Sequence record: DRR723986_24382
DNA: 34,033 nt
Direction: 5' to 3' (one strand)
Shown here one piece after another: positions 1 through 8,362 of this stretch; position 1 is the first letter of the stretch; the number at the start of each line of letters is the position of its first letter. A program made the position numbers and the translations under genes. The notes under the pieces were generated by a model, which ran no database searches, was not told the origin of the DNA, and saw only the letters and a program-made list of their open reading frames with translations.

Positions 1-2
1 TA

Positions 3-746
3 AAGGAATTATCGGGAGATGTTGTTTTTGAAGGTGTGTCTTTTTCATATCCTCAACGTAAAGAGATAAAAGTGCTTAAAAACGTCTCGTTTAAATGTGG
101 GGCTGGTCAAACCATTGCTCTAGTTGGAAGCTCAGGGGCAGGTAAGTCTACTATTTCTTCACTCTTATTAAATTTTTATTCCATAGATGCTGGTCATATC
201 TTGTTTGATGGTAAAAGCATTTCGACTATCTCAAAACAATCCTTACGTGATCATATTGCTGTTGTTCCTCAAGAAGTGATGCTGTTTGGCGGTACAGTGA
301 GAGAGAATATTTTATATGGAAATGTGAATGCTACTGAAGAAGAAGTAGTTGCTGCAGCTAAGAAGGCAAACGCTTTCGATTTTATTTCATCTTTTCCTGA
401 CGGAATGGAAACCTTGGTAGGTGATAGAGGTATTCAATTATCAGGGGGGCAAAAGCAAAGAATAGCCATTGCAAGAGCCATATTGAAAGATCCTAAAATT
501 CTGATTTTAGATGAGGCTACATCAGCATTAGATTCTGAATCAGAACAACTGGTTCAAGATGCGCTTGAAAAGTTAATGGTTGGAAGAACTTCTTTCGTAA
601 TTGCGCATAGATTATCGACCATAAAAAATGCCGATAATATACTTGTTCTTGAAAATGGACAAATAGTAGAGCAAGGAAGTCACAATGATTTAATTGCTAA
701 TGAAGACGGTGTTTACTACAAATTGAACAATATTCAATTATCCTAA
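3..746 (+). CDS. ABC transporter (MsbA/ABCB-like exporter), C-terminal nucleotide-binding domain; 5'-truncated by window edge
   Basis: Walker [11 protein letters not shown]-loop VPQE, signature LSGGQKQR, Walker [20 protein letters not shown]. The frame is open back to position 3 ([17 protein letters not shown]). Confidence 0.93.
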   Translation, partial: KELSGDVVFEGVSFSYPQRKEIKVLKNVSFKCGAGQTIALVGSSGAGKSTISSLLLNFYSIDAGHILFDGKSISTISKQSLRDHIAVVPQEVMLFGGTVRENILYGNVNATEEEVVAAAKKANAFDFISSFPDGMETLVGDRGIQLSGGQKQRIAIARAILKDPKILILDEATSALDSESEQLVQDALEKLMVGRTSFVIAHRLSTIKNADNILVLENGQIVEQGSHNDLIANEDGVYYKLNNIQLS

Positions 747-1607
747 ATAAGCCCGTAGCATTTTACTTCTAGAGGTATTCTTTAATTTGCGGATTCCTTT
801 TTCTTTAATTTGTCTAACACGTTCTCTGGTTAAGTCAAATCGTAATCCAATTTCAGCTAGTGTCATTGGAGGTTGTCCTGCAAGTCCAAAATATAAACGA
901 ATAACATCAGCTTCTCTCAGTTTAAGAGTGCTCAATGACCTTTCTATTTCTGAACGCAATGATTCAGCTATTAGATCTTTTTCAGGATTGTTACTTTCCG
1001 GATTCTGCAAGACATCATACATGCTAGACGAACCTTCATCTCCTTCTTTCAAAGGCGCATCCATAGATACATGGCGACCAGTGTTTGCAAGTGATTGTTT
1101 TACATCATTGTCTGAAACCTCCAGAACTTCGGCCAATTCATCAATTGTCGGAGTTCTTCCAAACTCTTGCTCTAATTTGGCGAATGCTTTATTCACCTTA
1201 TTGATAATACCTATTTTATTTAATGGTAATCTTACAATTCTGGCTTGTTCTGCTAAGGCTTGTAATATAGATTGTCTGATCCACCAAACCGCGTATGAAA
1301 TAAACTTAAATCCACGCGTTTCATCAAATCGTTGCGCCGCTTTAATTAATCCTAAGTTACCCTCATTGATCAAATCAGGAAGTGATAATCCTTGATTTTG
1401 ATATTGCTTTGAAACCGAAACAACAAAACGTAAATTCGCTTTAGTTAATCTATCTAAAGCTTTCATATCCCCTTCCTTAATTCTTTTCGCCAACTCAACT
1501 TCCTCTTCCGCTGAAATAAGGTCAACCCTACCAATCTCTTGTAAATATTTGTCTAATGATGCTGTTTCTCTGTTTGTGACCTGTTTGGTAATTTTTAGTT
1601 GTCTCAT
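738..1607 (-). CDS. rpoD: RNA polymerase sigma-70 factor, RpoD/SigA family, short Bacteroidota type lacking region 1.1
   Basis: [14 protein letters not shown] start, [44 protein letters not shown], region 4 [12 protein letters not shown]. Cannot tell whether this is the primary sigma or a paralog. Confidence 0.9.
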   Translation of the reverse strand: MRQLKITKQVTNRETASLDKYLQEIGRVDLISAEEEVELAKRIKEGDMKALDRLTKANLRFVVSVSKQYQNQGLSLPDLINEGNLGLIKAAQRFDETRGFKFISYAVWWIRQSILQALAEQARIVRLPLNKIGIINKVNKAFAKLEQEFGRTPTIDELAEVLEVSDNDVKQSLANTGRHVSMDAPLKEGDEGSSSMYDVLQNPESNNPEKDLIAESLRSEIERSLSTLKLREADVIRLYFGLAGQPPMTLAEIGLRFDLTRERVRQIKEKGIRKLKNTSRSKMLRAYLG

Positions 1608-1643
1608 GTTCTGTTAGTTTTAAAGGTGTGGTATACAATATAG

Positions 1644-1671
1644 TAGACGATAAAAATCACGGTCTGGTTGG
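1644..1671 (-). promoter_or_regulatory. Putative ECF-sigma-type promoter upstream of the rpoD-like gene
   Basis: Minus strand CCAAC-N17-CGTCTA fits the generic ECF AAC-N16/17-CGT pattern. Confidence 0.35.
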
Positions 1672-1988
1672 TGAGATGTTTATCTCACATTTTTCCTTGC
1701 CTTCTAATACTACGAAATTATCGGCAATTTTCCTAGTGATTTTAGCGTAATTAATTTTAACAATTTATGATCGTGATTGATATGTAGACTTGCATAATTA
1801 GATGTTGATTAATACAGATAAATGATTTAGGAAACCAATTGTAAAGGTACTGGTAATGCAGTATGCATAGTGTGTTTCAATCAATATTGACAGAATAGGT
1901 TCAGTTAAGATTGCTACTTGAGAACAATTTTAAACCCGTTTTTTGGCAGGTATTCTCTGAATAGATTTTTATAAAAAAATAGATTGTT

Positions 1989-1996
1989 TACATTTG
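1989..1996 (+). promoter_or_regulatory. Bacteroidota -7 promoter box for the Rrf2 gene
   Basis: TACATTTG matches TAnnTTTG and ends 9 nt before ATG 2006. Confidence 0.55.
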
Positions 1997-2005
1997 AAAC
2001 GCCTA

Positions 2006-2425
2006 ATGCTATCTAAAAAGACAAAATACGCCTTTCATGCCCTAACTTATCTTGGTAAACAAGAGGAGAGGGTCCCAGTTCTGATTTCAGAAGTAGCAGA
2101 AAAAACAAAAGTTCCCAAAAAATTCCTTGAATCGATTCTTTTAGATTTAAAAAAGGCAGGAATTTTAACGAGTAAAATGGGTAAAGGAGGTGGCTATTAT
2201 CTACTTAAGGATCCAAATGATGTTCAGTTAGCTGATGTCATTAGAATGTTTAATGGACCGATCGCTTTACTTCCATGCGTCTCATTAAACTATTATGAGC
2301 CTTGTGATGAATGTGTTGATGAAGAAACTTGTGGCTTGAATAAAATTATGATTGAGGTGAGAGATGAAACGCTAAAAATTGTTGCAAACAAAACCCTTCA
2401 GGATATCCTCAAAGCAGAAAATTAA
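2006..2425 (+). CDS. Rrf2 family transcriptional regulator (CymR/IscR-like)
   Basis: MLSKKTKYAFHAL, KKFLESILLDLKKAG, SKMGKGGGYYL, Cys-rich PCVS..CDEC...C. ATG 2006 is preferred to TTG 1994, which overlaps the promoter box. Confidence 0.92.
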   Translation: MLSKKTKYAFHALTYLGKQEERVPVLISEVAEKTKVPKKFLESILLDLKKAGILTSKMGKGGGYYLLKDPNDVQLADVIRMFNGPIALLPCVSLNYYEPCDECVDEETCGLNKIMIEVRDETLKIVANKTLQDILKAEN

Positions 2426-2440
2426 ATTTTTTTTAATTAA

Positions 2441-2475
2441 TAATCTAGTAATTCGATAGATTAAGTATATATTTG
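2441..2475 (+). promoter_or_regulatory. Palindromic operator candidate plus -7 box for the cys operon
   Basis: TAATCTA-N9-TAGATTA (2441-2463) lies immediately before TATATTTG (2468-2475). Confidence 0.6.
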
Positions 2476-2489
2476 TCAAAATTTTTGTC

Positions 2490-2720
2490 ATGTTAATCGA
2501 TCAATTCTTACATAAAAGAGGAGTCAGAAGAGGAGATTCTGCAGCGAAAAGCCTACTAAAAACGGTTAGTTGGAGAGTTGTGGGTACTTTAGATACTATG
2601 GTGATCGCTTACTTTTTAACTGGCGAAATCACAGTAGCGGTTTCGATCGGATCTGTAGAAGTTTTTACAAAATTGGTCTTGTATTATGTCCACGAAAGGG
2701 TATGGAATAAATTTATTTAA
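2490..2720 (+). CDS. DUF2061 family small membrane protein
   Basis: KSLLKTVSWRVVGTLDT...TKLVLYYVHERVW, a pattern typical of this family in cys clusters. Confidence 0.85.
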   Translation: MLIDQFLHKRGVRRGDSAAKSLLKTVSWRVVGTLDTMVIAYFLTGEITVAVSIGSVEVFTKLVLYYVHERVWNKFI

Positions 2721-2721
2721 G

Positions 2722-3360
2722 ATGGAAAGTAAACCGATAACTTTTAATCAAGAAATAGTAGATGAGTACAACGCTTATCTCAGAGGTAAAACTCCTGAAG
2801 AAATTGCAGAATGGGCGGTAGAAATAGCCGATCATCCAATTGTCACTACGAATTTCAGACCTTATGAAGCAGCCATTTTAAATGTTTGTGTTCAAGCCAA
2901 ATCTGACATTCCGGTAGTTTGGTGTGATACAGGTTATAATACCCCTAATACTTATCGTTGCGCTGAAAAAATCATTTCACTTCTAAATTTAAATGTGGAT
3001 TTGTATGTGCCAAAACAAACCGTTGCCCATAGAGATACAGTTATGGGTATTCCATCTATAGATGATGAAAATCATGCAGAATTTACGCGTCAAGTAAAGC
3101 TTGAGCCTTTTAGCAGAGCTATGAAAAATCATGCGCCTGATGTTTGGTTTACCAACCTTCGTCAAGGTCAAACTGAACTTCGAGACGGATTAGATATTTT
3201 GAGTTTATCAAATGATGGAGTGCTTAAGGTTTCCCCATTTTATTATTACTCAGACCAAGAATTAGATCAGTATATGGAGGCGAATCAACTTCCAAATGAG
3301 TTTAAATACTTTGATCCAACTAAAGCACTTGAAAATAGAGAGTGCGGTTTACACGCTTAA
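2722..3360 (+). CDS. cysH: Phosphoadenosine phosphosulfate (PAPS/APS) reductase family protein
   Basis: DTGY motif, KLEP, C-terminal ECGLH; position in the cys cluster. Start moved to ATG 2722 to avoid overlap. Confidence 0.88.
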   Translation: MESKPITFNQEIVDEYNAYLRGKTPEEIAEWAVEIADHPIVTTNFRPYEAAILNVCVQAKSDIPVVWCDTGYNTPNTYRCAEKIISLLNLNVDLYVPKQTVAHRDTVMGIPSIDDENHAEFTRQVKLEPFSRAMKNHAPDVWFTNLRQGQTELRDGLDILSLSNDGVLKVSPFYYYSDQELDQYMEANQLPNEFKYFDPTKALENRECGLHA

Positions 3361-3371
3361 AAATTATTCTT

Positions 3372-4262
3372 ATGGATTATTTAGATGAATTAGAAAATGA
3401 AGCCATTTATATATTGCGAGAGGTGGCGGCCCAATTTGACAAGCCAGTCTTGCTTTTTTCAGGAGGTAAAGACTCAATTACCTTGGTGCATTTAGCAATT
3501 AAGGCTTTTTACCCAGCACCGGTACCTTTTCCTTTAATGCATGTGGATACTGGTCATAATTTTCCAGAAACTATTGATTTTAGAGATGATTTGGTCAAAA
3601 AGCATGGCTTGAATTTGTATGTTGAACATGTGCAAGACGCTATTGATGCCAATCTGGTAAAAGAAGAGTCTGGTAAATATGCCAGCAGAAATGCCCTGCA
3701 AACAATATCCCTTTTAGGAGGAATAGAAAAGCATGGTTTTAATGCATGTATTGGTGGAGCAAGAAGAGATGAAGAAAAGGCCAGAGCTAAAGAAAGAATA
3801 TTTTCAGTAAGAGATGATTTTGGACAGTGGAATGCCAAAAACCAACGTCCTGAGGTGTTTGATATTTTAAATGGAAATATTCACCCTGGTGAAAATGTAA
3901 GGGCTTTTCCTATTTCAAATTGGACCGAGTTGGATGTTTGGAATTATATCCGAAGAGAAAAAATTGAGATTCCATCAGTCTATTTTGCGCATAAACGCAA
4001 TGTTTTTATGAGAGATGGATTGATATGGTCAGATTCTGAGTTTATCAATAAAGAAGAAAACGAAGAAGTGTTTGAAGAAACCGTTCGATTCAGAACAGTA
4101 GGAGACATGACCTGTACTGCTGCTGTTAAGTCAGATGCAACGCATATTGATGATGTGATTGGTGAAATTCTAGCTGCCGAAATATCAGAAAGAGGCGCTA
4201 GAATTGACGACAAGCGTTCAGAAGCAGCAATGGAAAAAAGAAAAGAAGTAGGATATTTTTAA
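3372..4262 (+). CDS. cysD: Sulfate adenylyltransferase subunit 2
   Basis: LFSGGKDS, HVDTGHNF, GGARRDEEKARAKERIFS, RFRTVGD, C-terminal MEKRKEVGYF. Confidence 0.96.
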   Translation: MDYLDELENEAIYILREVAAQFDKPVLLFSGGKDSITLVHLAIKAFYPAPVPFPLMHVDTGHNFPETIDFRDDLVKKHGLNLYVEHVQDAIDANLVKEESGKYASRNALQTISLLGGIEKHGFNACIGGARRDEEKARAKERIFSVRDDFGQWNAKNQRPEVFDILNGNIHPGENVRAFPISNWTELDVWNYIRREKIEIPSVYFAHKRNVFMRDGLIWSDSEFINKEENEEVFEETVRFRTVGDMTCTAAVKSDATHIDDVIGEILAAEISERGARIDDKRSEAAMEKRKEVGYF

Positions 4263-4271
4263 AGCATTATT

Positions 4272-5516
4272 ATGAATATTATAAGAATTACAACAGCAGG
4301 ATCGGTTGATGATGGTAAAAGCACCTTAATCGGTCGATTGTTATACGACACAAAGTCTTTACCTAAGGATAAAATAGAGAACATTGAACAACTCTCTCGG
4401 CAACGTGGATTAGCAGATTTAGATTTATCATTAATTACGGATGGTCTAACTGCAGAAAGAGAACAGGGTATCACGATTGACGTGGCGCACATCTATTTTA
4501 ATACACCAAAAAGAAAGTATATCGTAGCTGACACGCCTGGCCACGTAGAATATACGCGTAATATGATAACGGGTGCTTCAAATTCCAAAGTGTTTATGAT
4601 TTTAATAGACGCACGAAACGGAATAATTGAGCAAACTAAACGCCACTTGTTTATTGCGTCATTGATGGAAATTCAAAATATTGTTTTTGTGATTAACAAA
4701 ATGGATTTGGTGGCTTATCAGCAAGAAGTTTATGATTCAATTTTACTGGATATCAAACTATTAACAGAAAAGTTTGATTTGTCGAATAGAAATTTGGAGT
4801 TTATCCCTGTTTCGGCAAAATTGGGAGATAATGTGGTTAGCCCATCAACTGAAATGGATTGGTTTACAGGACCTACTTTATTGGATTACTTAGAAAATGT
4901 ACAAATTCAACCGGTGGCAGAAGATCAATTCAGATTTAATATTCAGTATGTGATTCGACCACATTCTGATGAATTCCACGATTTTAGGGGATATGCGGGA
5001 AAAGTTAAGTCAGGAACAATTTCAGTAGGTGATAAAATTTCGGTCCTGTCATCAGGTCAAGAAAGTACAGTTAAAGCCATCCACCGCTATAGAGAACCTT
5101 TGTTAAAAGCAAAAGCAGGTGACTCTGTTAGCATTGAATTGGCAACTGATATTGATATTTCAAGAGGGGACACCTTAACTTCTTCAGAAGAGAAGATCAC
5201 GGGTGAACGCCTTATTCAATCTAAGATTTGCTGGTTAGGGCAGGAGGATTTAGTGCCACAAAAAAGATATGTTTTACAGCACGGTGCAAGCAAAGTCCCA
5301 GTCAAGATTTCTGCCGTAAATAGTCAATTAGATTTTGATTCTTTGGGATTTGAAATCAATCCTGAAAAAGTAGGAGTTAATTCGATAAATAATATTGAAA
5401 TTAAGTCAGCATCTCCTGTTTTTATTGATGCTTACAAGGTAAATCCATCAAACGGTTATTTCATACTAATTGATGAGTCCACTAATGCTACGGTTGCGGT
5501 AGGATTTAAAAATTAA
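4272..5516 (+). CDS. cysN: Sulfate adenylyltransferase subunit 1 (GTPase), without a fused APS kinase
   Basis: GSVDDGKSTLIGRLL, EREQGITIDVA, DTPGH, NKMD. 414 aa, ending after domain III. Confidence 0.95.
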   Translation: MNIIRITTAGSVDDGKSTLIGRLLYDTKSLPKDKIENIEQLSRQRGLADLDLSLITDGLTAEREQGITIDVAHIYFNTPKRKYIVADTPGHVEYTRNMITGASNSKVFMILIDARNGIIEQTKRHLFIASLMEIQNIVFVINKMDLVAYQQEVYDSILLDIKLLTEKFDLSNRNLEFIPVSAKLGDNVVSPSTEMDWFTGPTLLDYLENVQIQPVAEDQFRFNIQYVIRPHSDEFHDFRGYAGKVKSGTISVGDKISVLSSGQESTVKAIHRYREPLLKAKAGDSVSIELATDIDISRGDTLTSSEEKITGERLIQSKICWLGQEDLVPQKRYVLQHGASKVPVKISAVNSQLDFDSLGFEINPEKVGVNSINNIEIKSASPVFIDAYKVNPSNGYFILIDESTNATVAVGFKN

Positions 5517-5535
5517 GATTTTTTCGTTTAGTTAT

Positions 5536-5572
5536 AAGAGGGCTCGCCAATTTGGTGGGCCTTTTTATTTTT
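5536..5572 (+). terminator. Intrinsic terminator after cysN
   Basis: GGGCTCGCCA/TGGTGGGCCT stem (with G-U pairs) followed by a T tract. Confidence 0.75.
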
Positions 5573-5617
5573 ACAGATTTAAGCTAGCGATAATTGGCAT
5601 TAGCCATCTGAAAGCCT

Positions 5618-5625
5618 TAAATTTG
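5618..5625 (+). promoter_or_regulatory. Bacteroidota -7 promoter box
   Basis: TAAATTTG, 19 nt before ATG 5645. Confidence 0.45.
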
Positions 5626-5644
5626 GATTTCAATTGAAATAATT

Positions 5645-8287
5645 ATGAAAAAAATTCTACTCAGTGCCGTGTTAATTCTTACTGCAGAATTAATGTTTGC
5701 ACAATTTTCGGTTAACATTAATCCTGACAAAGACAACTCAATTTTCTCAGAAAGCAATAATTCCAGTGGGGCTGGAAAATTATATGCAGGAAGAACTTGT
5801 CAAAACAATAACAGGCGTGCTTTAATGCATTTCGATATAGCAGGAAGTGTGCCTGCAGGGTCTACCATAACTGGAGTTTCTTTGATGCTTAATGTAGATA
5901 ATCAGGGTAGTGGAGCAGGAGCACAGACCTATACTTTACATGAAATAAGTACAGATTGGGGTGAAGGAACTTCTTCAGCCTCAGGACAAGGAGCAACAGC
6001 TGTTGCTCCTGATGCAACTTGGAATGACGCAATGTTAGGTACAGTTGCATGGACCACTTCTGGTGGAGATTTTAATGCGAGTCCTTCGGCTTCAACAACA
6101 TTGAATGGAGTAATAGGTAATTATACTTGGATGAGTGCTACAATGGTGACCGAGGTTCAGTCATGGTTGGATACACCAGCAGGAAATTTAGGTTGGATGT
6201 TGATTGGGGATGAGACAGCCGTGTGTTCTGCCAGAAGATTCGGAAGTAAAGACCAGGGCACAGCTCCCATATTAACTATTAATTATACTTGTGCAATGGC
6301 ACCTAATCCAGTTTGCCAAAATATTATTGCCTATTTGGATAATTCAGGTGTATCGGTAATCAATCCTAATGATTTTGATAATGGATCCGTTGCAACATGT
6401 GGTGGAAACTTAAATTTCACAGCAAGTACAACAACTTTTACTTGTGCTGAAATAGGTTCGTATGCACCTACTGATTCACTTCTAATCTCTGCTGTATTTG
6501 ATGGGCCTCTTTCTGGAGGAACGCCTAAAGGAGTAGAATTATATGCGGTAGGAGATATTGCTGATTTAAGTGTTTACGGATTAGGTTCAGCTAATAATGG
6601 TGGTGGAACTGACGGCGTTGAATTTAATTTCCCTGCTGTAGCAGTTACTGCCGGTACATACATTTATGTTGCTTCAGAAGCTCCTCAATTTACAAGCTGG
6701 TTTGGTTTTGCTCCTGACTACACAGATGCTGCTTTAAATGTTAATGGGGATGACGCCATTGAATTATTTAACGGTTCTGTTGTGATTGATGTTTTTGGTG
6801 ACCAAAACGTTGATGGTACAAATGAACCATGGGAATATCTAGATGGTTGGGCTTATAGAAATAGTTCTACTGGGCCTACATCTTCATTTATTTTAAACGA
6901 TTGGACATTTTCTTCACCAGATGCATTGGACGGTGAATTAACTAACGCAACTGCTGTAACACCCATTCCAGTTGGAACCTATGTTGATGGCTTTTCAAGT
7001 TCAACTACTGTAACAGTTACCATTACGGATGATGGCGGTAATTCTGCAGTTTGTGATGCTTATGTGACTGTGATGGATACTTTACCTCCAGCAGTGCAAT
7101 GCATTGGCTCAGGAACATTTTTGTTAGATGGAACGGGGAATTTGACTTTGACGACTGGTGATATTGATAACGGAACTACGGATAATTGTGGATTGCAAGG
7201 ACTTTCATTATCTCAAACGGCTTTTGATTGTTCAAATTTAGGTGCAAATGCAGTGACCTTATATGCTACTGATATATATGGCAATATTGATTCATGTGTT
7301 GCTAATATTACCATTCAAGATGCCGGCGGAATGAGCATTACTGAAGATAATGTCGGGCATTTAGGTTGTTATGGAGATACAGATGGAACCATAAGCGTTT
7401 CTGTTTCTGGTGGAACACCTGCTTATACCTATGATTGGGATAATGATGGTACTGGAGATAATGATGATCTTGAAGATTTGACAGGATTAGCCGGAGGAGT
7501 TTATACCTTGACAGTGACTGACAATTCAGGCTGTATTGCCAGTATTGTGGTTACAGTGAATGAACCTGATTCTTTAGAGGCGGGAGCAACTTTTACTAAT
7601 TCAACTTGTTTTGGCACTAATGACGGTACTGCAAGTTCTACTGTCACGGGAGGTACTGGGCCATTTACCTATGACTGGGATAATGATGGTACAGGAGATT
7701 TTGATGATAACGCGACCATTTCATCATTGACTCCTGGTAATTACACTGTTGTTGTGTTAGATGCAAACGGATGTTCAGTTACTGAATCGGTTACAGTTCT
7801 TGATGGTACACCAGTTGACGTTTCAGTTACATTGTCAGGAGATGTATTAACTGCTAATGCCAGTGGTGCGGGTTACTCTTATTTATGGTTGAATTGTCCT
7901 GGCTTTGATCCTGTTGGATCTAATACTGATCAAAGTTTTATAGCTCCTTTTAATTATCAATATGCAGTGCAGGTTACAGATCCTAATGGATGTATTGACA
8001 CTTCGGCATGTACGCAGGTTACTGAAGTAGGCTTTGACGAGTTCAATCCAATTGAGATTGTAATTTATCCGAATCCAACAAGTGATGAATTTTTGTTAGA
8101 TGTAGATGCTCAGGGTACTCAATATTCAGTGACAATAGCTGGCATAAACGGACAAATTATTTATTCGAAAAATAAGCAAATAGGTGTTATAAGTATTGAT
8201 TTGTCAGAAAACGAGGCTGGAATTTATTTTGTGACAGTAATTTCTGATAATTATAGTAGAACTGAACGCATTCAGTTGATAAAATAA
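5645..8287 (+). CDS. T9SS-secreted multidomain protein: DNRLRE-like domain, lamin-tail-like domain, HYR/Ig-like and SprB-like repeats, type A CTD
   Basis: Signal peptide; RRALMHFD...W.EG; GGTPKGVELY...GSANNGGG; DNC repeats; SGGTPAYTYDW repeats; IYPNPT...GIYFV C-terminus. Confidence 0.8.
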   Translation: MKKILLSAVLILTAELMFAQFSVNINPDKDNSIFSESNNSSGAGKLYAGRTCQNNNRRALMHFDIAGSVPAGSTITGVSLMLNVDNQGSGAGAQTYTLHEISTDWGEGTSSASGQGATAVAPDATWNDAMLGTVAWTTSGGDFNASPSASTTLNGVIGNYTWMSATMVTEVQSWLDTPAGNLGWMLIGDETAVCSARRFGSKDQGTAPILTINYTCAMAPNPVCQNIIAYLDNSGVSVINPNDFDNGSVATCGGNLNFTASTTTFTCAEIGSYAPTDSLLISAVFDGPLSGGTPKGVELYAVGDIADLSVYGLGSANNGGGTDGVEFNFPAVAVTAGTYIYVASEAPQFTSWFGFAPDYTDAALNVNGDDAIELFNGSVVIDVFGDQNVDGTNEPWEYLDGWAYRNSSTGPTSSFILNDWTFSSPDALDGELTNATAVTPIPVGTYVDGFSSSTTVTVTITDDGGNSAVCDAYVTVMDTLPPAVQCIGSGTFLLDGTGNLTLTTGDIDNGTTDNCGLQGLSLSQTAFDCSNLGANAVTLYATDIYGNIDSCVANITIQDAGGMSITEDNVGHLGCYGDTDGTISVSVSGGTPAYTYDWDNDGTGDNDDLEDLTGLAGGVYTLTVTDNSGCIASIVVTVNEPDSLEAGATFTNSTCFGTNDGTASSTVTGGTGPFTYDWDNDGTGDFDDNATISSLTPGNYTVVVLDANGCSVTESVTVLDGTPVDVSVTLSGDVLTANASGAGYSYLWLNCPGFDPVGSNTDQSFIAPFNYQYAVQVTDPNGCIDTSACTQVTEVGFDEFNPIEIVIYPNPTSDEFLLDVDAQGTQYSVTIAGINGQIIYSKNKQIGVISIDLSENEAGIYFVTVISDNYSRTERIQLIK

Positions 8288-8362
8288 TTTCTTAATAAAA
8301 TAGTAACCCAAAACTAAAGCACCGATCGTTTTCGGCAGCTTATTTTTACCCAAATTTTAAAT

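Noticed and set aside
787-1395. 202-aa plus-strand ORF
   Set aside because: Antisense shadow of the sigma factor gene, with no recognisable motifs.
1608-2005. tRNA/ncRNA in the 400-bp divergent intergenic region
   Set aside because: AT-rich, with no cloverleaf or recognisable RNA family motif; consistent with divergent promoters.
2989-4492. Short minus-strand ORFs across cysH/cysD/cysN
   Set aside because: Shadows of well-supported plus-strand genes.
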